From Paraphysomonas bandaiensis (lineage: Eukaryota; Protista; Chrysophyceae): a stretch of 59,832 bases of DNA. Location: positions 1 to 59,832 of the forward strand of contig CBFFRP010000551.1 in NCBI GenBank assembly GCA_965644295.1. The letters run 5' to 3'. A program made the translations under genes and the position numbers. Positions 23,868 to 32,700 of the stretch are shown here, in pieces; positions within the stretch are counted from its first letter, which is position 1, and every line of letters starts with the position of its first letter. The notes under the pieces are model-generated. The model worked only from the letters and a program-made list of their open reading frames with translations, did not search any database and was not told where the DNA came from.

Positions 23868-25425
23868 ATGAGGGCAGATAACGTGGTTATGAAGAAGAGA
23901 GCAAGCAATCACACCGCAGCTATTAAATTTACACCTGCTGACGCATTACAGATGAGCGACACGACTGTTAGACATATCATTCAGGAGTATGACACAAATG
24001 GTCAAGAAGTGTACTGTACCCCGTGCAGTATAGCACCAACTCGAGGTACAGACAGCAAGGTCTATGTTTATGAGTACATGAAAATTCAGAAAGAGATGCT
24101 TATTTCATGTCATGACTACATTATGAATGAATTGCGGGATGGCGTAAGGCATACATATGCGGACCTGCATCGGTATCTCGAGAACCAATTTGACATCAAA
24201 GTGTACGCCGCTTTACGAAAACGAATGTGTTTCGACTTTGATTATGTTAACGGTGTCATTCCGTATAACACAACTTCAGTACAAATAACACTGCAAGCCC
24301 GACAATTTATGCTGTTATATACTGGTACGTTATTGTTGAAGAAATTATGTTATTTTTATATACAAAAACCGATGATGATGTGCTGTGATACCGTAACATT
24401 TATTACTTGATATGGTGTGTATTAACATTAGCGTCTCAACAGATGCAGTTAAAAAGGAAAAACAAGGGGGTGCCTGCATTGCATACATGGATGAGACATG
24501 GGTGTGGAGATATCATAGCAGGAAGACTGGCATAGGACCCAAAGGAGTGACACAGCAAGGAACAAAGTCGTCTAAGGGAGATCGTTTGATAGTTGTCGAT
24601 GCAATTACTTCTGATGGGGCAATTCGTTGGCAATCAGAGAATAAAAGAGGTAAATTGTGGTCTACGTTGTGGTCCTTCCTCTATACAAAATCAGGAGACT
24701 ATCACAATGCCATCATGAATTTCGAGTTGTTTCAGAAATGGATTAACTGTTATTTTATTCCAACATGGAAGAAAAAGTATCCTGGTACCCCTTGCATTCT
24801 AGTATTGGACAATGCCCCCTACCATATGGGAGGCATGATTAACCCATATCGTCTCAGCAAGAGTGAGTGTACGCCGCATTTGCCCAAGTGTCTGCCTAGG
24901 GGGTCCCATATTACTGTCAACAGGAATGGCACGCTGCTTCAGTTTGAAGTGCCTAGGCATGGAGGGTTTCCAAATTCTCCAGCAGGTCCATCTCTCAGGG
25001 AGCTTCAAGAGGCTGTTCACGACATTCTAGCTGATTACAATCCTCGCGACTTGCTGACTTGGGTAGAATGTCGCTTTGCAGAGCTTGGTTGGGAGGTGAT
25101 ATTTACCCCACCTTACATGTGCAATTTCCAACCGATAGAACTCTACTGGGCAAACATCAAAAATAGAATTGTACGAAGGTACTTTTCTGGTAGAGACATG
25201 AATTGGATACAAGACTTCTTCAAAAAGCATTCTGTAACCATTAAGTGTAGTTCTTTGGTTAGACATGCGCATGATTGTATGAATATCTGGCTCAGACAGG
25301 ATAATTTGTTGGGTGGTGTGTATGACAATGTAACTGTACCTGACGATGACATTAGAGAGAATATACTAGCAAATAACTCTAAGTTTATGTCTGAAAGGAA
25401 TGGAAGATGTACAGAACCCATCTGA
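23868..25425 (+). CDS. IS630/Tc1/mariner-superfamily transposase with long DD109E spacing (Sailor-like), intron 24325-24442
   Basis: YMDETW, VLDNAPYH and FTPPYMCNFQPIELYW, with 109 residues between D and E. A GTACGT...CAACAG intron joins the two ORFs in frame. TIRs not found. Confidence 0.85.
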
Positions 25426-25876
25426 GGTGGCTGTACACTTCACTATTCACAGGAATGGTGATATGGATTAGGGCCATATTTTGTAAGTGTAAAAATCACG
25501 AATTTTGTACTGTTAACTTATCTTAACGGTATAGTAAAACGGCTAGTAGGTAGAAGCTAAAACTATGTCTCATATATCTTTGTGACGTAAGCTTTCAGTG
25601 CATATGCTTACTTTTTAAGACTTATGTCTAGTTCTAGAAATATACTTGCTGATATTAGGAGCAGTTAATTATGAGTGAACGAACTGTAGTAAGCAAACAC
25701 GCGCTTCTGCTACATCCCATGAGTCTTAAAACTATTATAAAATCAATATTTTTTGTTGTCTCTAACCCTAATACCACAAAGAGAACAGCTTCTATAACAT
25801 TTCTACTTAAATACTGTAAATACTCCTAAATTTCACAAAATATAGTAAAATTCCTACGTTGGCATAATGTGTACTT

Positions 25877-28327
25877 TCAAGAAGACGAAGCACGGCAAGT
25901 ACGTGCATCCCATGGCCATAGAGGGTCCTGTGAACGCAGACAATACAGATCATCGAAGTTTCCACGCTCTGCAGCAGCCTGACAAGTCCATTCATCCCAT
26001 GGACATGGAGGGTCCTGTGAACGAAGCCACTGCAAAACATCCAAGTGTCCACGCCCTGCAGCAACAAGGCAAGTCTCTTCATCCCATGGACATGGAGGGT
26101 CCTGTGAACGAAGCCACTGCAGAACATCCAAGTGTCCACGCTTTGCAGCAACAAGGCAAGTCTCTTCATCCCATGGACATGGAGGGTCCTGTGAACGAAG
26201 CCACTGCAGAACATCCAAGAGTCCACGCTCTGCAACAACACGGCAACACCATTCATCCCATGGACAGGGAGGGTCCTGTGAACGAAGCCACTGCAGAACA
26301 TCCAAGAGTCCACGCTCTGCAACAACACGGCAACACCATTCATCCCATGGACAGGGAGGGTCCTGTGAACGAAGCCACTGCAGAACATCCAAGTGTCCAC
26401 CCTCTGCAGCAACACGGCAAGTCCATGCATCCCATGGACATGGAGGGTCCTGTGAACGAAGCCACTGCAAAACATCCAAGTGTCCACGCCCTGCAGCAAC
26501 ACGGCAAGTCCTTGCATCCCATCGACATGGAGGGTCCTGTGAACGAAGCCACTGCAGAACATCCAAGAGTCCACGCTCTGCAACAACACGGCAACACCAT
26601 TCATCCCATGGACAGGGAGGGTCCTGTGAACGAAGCCACTGCAAAACATCCAAGTGTCCACCCTCTGCAGCAACACGGCAAGTCCATGCATCCCATGGAC
26701 ATGGAGGGTCCTGTGAACGAAGCCACTGCAAAACATCCAAGTGTCCACGCCCTGCAGCAACACGGCAAGTCCTTGCATCCCATCGACATGGAGGGTCCTG
26801 TGAACGAAGCCACTGCAAAACATCCAAGTGTCCACGCTGTGCAGCAACACGGCAAGTCCTTGCATCCCATCGACATGGAGGGTCCTGTAAACGAAGCCAC
26901 TGCAGAACATCCAAGTGTCCACGCTCTGCAGCAACACGGCAAGTCCATGCATCCCATGGACAGGGAGGGTCCTGTGAACGAAGCCACTGCAGAACATCCA
27001 AGTGTCCACAAGAAGCAGCAACACGGCAAGTCTCTTCATCCCATGGACAGGGAGGGTCCTGTGAACGAAGCCACAGCAGAACATCCAAGTGGCCACCCTC
27101 TGCAGCATCACGGCAAGTCCATGCATCCCATGGACATGGAGGGTCCTGTGAACGAAGCCACTGCAGAACATTCAAGTGTCCACGCTCTGCAGCAACACGA
27201 CAAGTCCTTGCATCCCATGGACATGGAGGGTCCTGTGAACGAAGACAATACAAAACATCCAAGTGTCCACGCCCTGCAGCAACAAGGCAAGTCTCTTCAT
27301 CCCATGGACATGGAGGGTCCTGAGAACGAAGCCACTGCAAAACATCCAAGTGTCCACGCTCTGCAGCAACAAGGCAAGTCCATATATTCCATGGACAAGG
27401 AGGGTCCTGTGAACGAAGCCACTGCAAAACATCCAAGTGTCCATCCTTTGCAGCATCATAGCAAGTCCATTCATCCCATGGACAGGGAGGGTCCTGTGAA
27501 CGAAGCCACTGCAAAACATCCAAGTACCCACGCTCTGCAGCAACACGGCAAGTCCTTGCATCCCATGGACATGGAGGGTCCTGTGAACGAAGCCACCGCA
27601 AAACATCCAAGTGTCCACGCTCTGCAGCAGCCTGACAAGCATCTTCATCCCATGGACATGGAGGGTCCTGTGATCGAAGCCACTGCAGAATATCCAAGTG
27701 TCCACCCTCTGCAGCATCACGACAAGTATCTTCATCCCATGGACAGGGAGGGTCCTGTGAACGAAGCCACAGCAGAATATCCAAGTGTCCACCCTGTGCA
27801 GCAACACGGCAAGTCCTTTCATCCCATGGACAGGGAGGGTCCTGTAAATGAAGCAGCATCTTAACCTGCCTACCCTGCACAGCAATATCATTCCGTATAT
27901 CTGATTGGTGTAGTGGTTCCTGTGTGGTCGTATCATTGTGAAGGGCGGTATGTTTGAGATGTATGAGCTGCTGTAGTCTGCCGTGTAGTGCACAGCTATA
28001 TGAAAGCATACGCTGTGGGCAGCCCATAGACAGAGCCCATGAGACCATTGAGTTCGTCATACAGTAGTGAGATGCATGTGACTCAAGTCTCCACTCAACT
28101 CTCATCTCATCTCTGCTCTTGTCTCTGCTCTCATCTCTGCTCTTGTCTCTGCTCTTGTCTCTGCTCTTGTCTCTGCTCTTGTCTCTGCTCTTGTCTCTCA
28201 TGATATCAGTGTAAACCGTATCGTGAAATCTCCTACAAGTCATCATCGCAGGAAGGAGAGCTGAGTGTGGGATCATAGAGAAGATGAGACGCAACACATC
28301 ATCGTTAAGATCAGATATACTCGACAT
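25877..28327 (-). CDS. F-box + ankyrin-like repeat protein, copy 3 (22 full repeats + terminal half repeat), 816 aa
   Basis: Intact intronless ORF with the same N-terminus and 87-bp units. Confidence 0.9.
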   Translation of the reverse strand: MSSISDLNDDVLRLIFSMIPHSALLPAMMTCRRFHDTVYTDIMRDKSRDKSRDKSRDKSRDKSRDESRDKSRDEMRVEWRLESHASHYCMTNSMVSWALSMGCPQRMLSYSCALHGRLQQLIHLKHTALHNDTTTQEPLHQSDIRNDIAVQGRQVKMLLHLQDPPCPWDERTCRVAAQGGHLDILLWLRSQDPPCPWDEDTCRDAAEGGHLDILQWLRSQDPPCPWDEDACQAAAERGHLDVLRWLRSQDPPCPWDARTCRVAAERGYLDVLQWLRSQDPPCPWDEWTCYDAAKDGHLDVLQWLRSQDPPCPWNIWTCLVAAERGHLDVLQWLRSQDPPCPWDEETCLVAAGRGHLDVLYCLRSQDPPCPWDARTCRVAAERGHLNVLQWLRSQDPPCPWDAWTCRDAAEGGHLDVLLWLRSQDPPCPWDEETCRVAASCGHLDVLQWLRSQDPPCPWDAWTCRVAAERGHLDVLQWLRLQDPPCRWDARTCRVAAQRGHLDVLQWLRSQDPPCRWDARTCRVAAGRGHLDVLQWLRSQDPPCPWDAWTCRVAAEGGHLDVLQWLRSQDPPCPWDEWCCRVVAERGLLDVLQWLRSQDPPCRWDARTCRVAAGRGHLDVLQWLRSQDPPCPWDAWTCRVAAEGGHLDVLQWLRSQDPPCPWDEWCCRVVAERGLLDVLQWLRSQDPPCPWDEWCCRVVAERGLLDVLQWLRSQDPPCPWDEETCLVAAKRGHLDVLQWLRSQDPPCPWDEETCLVAAGRGHLDVLQWLRSQDPPCPWDEWTCQAAAERGNFDDLYCLRSQDPLWPWDARTCRASSS

Positions 28328-28418
28328 GTCAACACTGATAAGTTGATGAGATTATGAGGCTAACAGAGCAGAGTGTGTATGTACAGCATACAGCAGAAGA
28401 AGATAATGAGAAGAGTTC

Positions 28419-28663
28419 ACATACATACACACACATACACACACATACATACATACATACATACATACATACATACATACATACATACATACATACATAC
28501 ATACATACATACATACATACATACATACATACATACATACATACATACATACATACATACATACATACATACATACATACATACATACATACATACATAC
28601 ATACACATACATACACACACACACATACACATACACATACATACATACATACATACATACACA
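28419..28663. repeat. (ATAC)n microsatellite upstream of F-box-ANK copy 3
   Basis: Read directly from the sequence. Confidence 0.99.
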
Positions 28664-29771
28664 TAGAGCACCATGGATGGGAAATATCCACACACCGGCA
28701 CAACAAAAACAGACATTCTTTTATGAAAAAAAATCCACCTGGCAAAAACTCCCAGGTTTCTAGATGATCAATATACTGTATATTATATACTCCAACAACG
28801 AAAAAGGGTGGTTTCTAGATGTCCCACGCTGGGGCCATTTCTTGGAAACAAGAGAAAGAAAGTGTCACTCATCATCACCACTCACTATTCCTCCTACAGA
28901 ACTACGTGCCGCTCATAGGATCATACGAGATTCGGGGGGTTTTGCAGCTTTGTTTTTTTGAGCTCATGAATATCGCCGCTTTTCGAACTGAAATCACCTC
29001 AAAACATGCCATTTTTATTGTTTTCTTTGAGTGTTTGCTCTGCTCTCAGGCTCACTACACTGATATCGATGCACTTAAAGAGTTTGAATGGATGAGAATG
29101 CATGATGTAGAGATCTATGATCAATTCAAAACAATTTCGAAGAAAAAGAAGGATCTACCCATGGTATGTGAGACCATCTTAGCCAAGAAGAAGGCAGATA
29201 ATCTCCCTGCATTCGTCATAAACACTTTCGATTTAGCGTGTGAGAAAGCGTGAACTTCCACTCCGGTTTACTATACCAGAACCTTCAGTACAGAACAGAG
29301 TATGGTCAAACTTTATGAGTATGTCTGAGAATGACATCAACACAATGGTGTCTATTTTAGAAGAAGAGAACCCTAAAGACTTCGATCTCATTGTCAATGT
29401 GTATGTCAGAGCCAGAGATAGTGAAAACTTGGGAAATACTTAAAAGTTGCAAGTATTTATGAAGGTACTAGTTGGCTAGACGCAACTGCTATTTCGCTGC
29501 CTCTGACGTCATGTATTTTAGTGATCTGCATCATGGATAAAGTGTACCAAAATGACTTAGACTTATATTATGACCGGTGACTGATAGAGATTTACTTGAC
29601 AATATTGTGTCTGATGGTTTATTAGATGCATGGATAGATATTTTAAGCAAGTATACTAATAAGTGATTAAAAGGAGATGAAATAACTTGCCCCGAAAGTT
29701 TCCAAAATGCAACAGGTGAGATAATACAGCAGTGAATGTCTGTTATTTGCAATAGGCGTGTAAGATGTAAG

Positions 29772-32700
29772 AAATAAGATTTAAGGTTAGTCTTAATATT
29801 TAGTAAGAATATACTTGAAATTATTAGAGATAAAGATTGAACGATAAGGCCTAATAGTATAATAGCAAGACATGTTTGAGCAGAGCGTTAGCACCACATA
29901 CATGTGCGTATCTTGTACAGTCGCGTATCATGTATAGTTTGGTAATTATTCAGTCTATTTGGTATTTCATTGTATATGTGTGTTGTATTCACGCGTTAAG
30001 AGATATACGTGAATCAATGACTCCTAATACTCCCCCTCAATGAAATAATCATATGACGTATACATAGATATACGGATATAGGTGTATATATTTGGAGATA
30101 GTTCTACTGAGGGTAAAACCCACGAGTGCAATCACAGATTGTGGATTACACTGATGTCAACATACAGCATACTCGTGGGAAACTCCGTAGATCTCTAAGT
30201 CATCCATCGTGGTCTCTTGGTTGAGTTCTCTGCCGGTGGGATAGGTACTTTTGTTCTTTTATTGCTAGCAGGTATGTTGATACCTCCCCCCCCCATTAGT
30301 GAATCCCGCAATCTGTGGAACGTGTTTGATGTGAGGGGTTTAGTTAGAATGTCGGCCAGCATCTCGTTTGTAGGCATGTAATCAACAATAATAGAGTGCG
30401 ATGCGACTTGTTCTCTTATGAAGTGATATCTGATGGCAATATGTTTTGTTCGTCGGTGGTGTACGGGGTTTAGGCATAGTTGAATTGCACCTTTGTTGTC
30501 ACACCATATGGTTGTTGAGTATGGCATGTGGAAGCCCAATTCCGAGAGTAGTGACCGTAGCCAAATAGCTTCTTGACATGCTGTTGATAGTGCCATGTAC
30601 TCCGCTTCTGTAGAGGATAGAGCTACAGTGGTCTGGAGTCGTGATTGCCAGGAAATGAGACAATTTCCAATAAAGAAGCAAAACGCTGTGGTCGACCTGC
30701 GAGTTAAGTTACAGCGTGCCCAATCACTGTCAGCGAATCCAGTTAAAGTAACAGACTTCCCGGAGTACTGTAGACCTTGATCGATAGTGCCTTTGAGGTA
30801 CCTAAGTATGTTTAATGCGGCTTTGCATGTGGTTAGATTTGGATTAGTACTGAAACGAGCAAGGGTGTTTACAGCATATGCAATATCAGGTCTAGTGCAC
30901 ACAGCAATATACATAAGTGAACCTATGAGCTCCTTGTAAGGAAAATTTTGGACAAATTCTTGATTTTCTTGAGATAGTTGTTTCTTTTCGAGAATGTCTA
31001 TATGAAAATTTGTTGTCATGGGGTGACTTCGTGGCTTGCAATCTTCCATGTTGAATCTGTGGAGTAGGTTCCGTATGTATTGAGATTGATTTAGTGTCGT
31101 AGTTCGATTCTGTATATCCTGTTTGACGAATATGCCGAGATAGTAATCTAGGAGGCCGAGATCATGAATGTCGAATTTTTCAGCTAACGAATTCTTGATT
31201 TGGATGATGTCAGTCCTACTTTTACCGGCGATAATGATGTCATCGACGTAAACTGCCAGAATTATGGGTCGACCATTGATTGATTTCGTGAATATGCACG
31301 GGTCGGACACTAATCTGGTAAAACCACAGTCTAACAAATAATTAGTACAACATTTATACCAATTTAACCCGGACTGTTTGAGTCCGTATATACTCTTTAG
31401 AAGTCTGAGGACTTTACCGTTTGGAACATTGAGACCAGCGGGTGGATACATGTAAATTTCCTCTTGGAGGTCTGCATTGATGTAAGCAGTGGAGAAATCT
31501 ACCTGGTGAAGCTCCAACCCAAGTATAGTTGCTAGTGCTATGACTGTTCTCATTGATGTGGCCTTTGCGACTGGGCTGTAGGTTTCGTTGTAGTCTTTAC
31601 CCTCGACCTGGGAGAAACCTTGAGCCACTAACCTCGCCTTGAAGGTAACCTCATCTCGCTTGACCTTTACCCTAAACACGAATTTTCCCCTTATGATGTT
31701 GGAATTTGCTGGTGGTGTCGTTATCCTCCAACAGCCTTTGCTCTCTAAAGACTTGATTTCTTTGTTGATGGCTTTCAGCCATTGTTCCTTGTACCTGCCT
31801 GATAGTGCCTCGCCAACATTGTTAGGTGTGTTAGGTACATCATTGCTACATGTGTCATTTGCATGCATAATGATGTCAACATCATTCATGTATAATGTTC
31901 TGTAACTATCATGTTTATCAGGTGTTTTGTGGTTGTACAAATATCTTTTATCAACATCACAGTGGTATATATTATCACCGAATTTGTGTACATTCATGAT
32001 TACCCTTTTTCTGGTCTGCCTCTTGCTGTGGAGACTTTTCTTTACGCAACGGCTCACCTTGTGACGGTGGGGTGTCCTTACACCCGTAATTGTGCCATCC
32101 GGGCTTTGCCGGCTCCTGTCACCCTGGGAATTCACAGTCTTGATTGCTCGTTTGACCTTACGAGCAGGGTGATCGCACTTGTTGTCACCCCGTGCCTCCT
32201 TCGGCACTGTATTCCGCTGAGCTTCTGCTGTGCGGCGAGGCCTTGCCTCCTTTTCATTTGAGTAGGGTCCTCTCAAATGGCTGTGACTCCCGCCCCGTGT
32301 GGCGTCATGACGGCTATCGGTTGAACTGCTCCTCCCTGGAGCTGTTCCTTCCACGGGGCATCCTAGTTCCTCTTGCGGGGGTGATACCGCGTTCTGATAA
32401 CTGAAGTGCTCGGCGGTGTATCTTTCGATGTCCGCAGCGTGTATTGGGTCATTTAACTCGATGACTCGCCCTTCATTTTCTCGTGGGGCCAATCCTCTGT
32501 AAGCAGCCACGTGGCCTTTGATGACTGTGATTCTTGTCGTGATGTATTGGAGGCCATCCTGTGGATCTGTGTGGGTCATTCCAACGAGGTATTGGAAGCT
32601 CTCGGCTGTTCGATTCTCTGAATTTTCTTCTCTCAGTGATGATTCGATTTCAGCGTAATAGTTTTCTTTGACGTCGGGGATGCACTCATTGAAAAAGACG

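Noticed and set aside
28819-29752. Short broken ORFs left of the Copia element
   Set aside because: No recognisable motif, and interrupted by stops and frameshifts.
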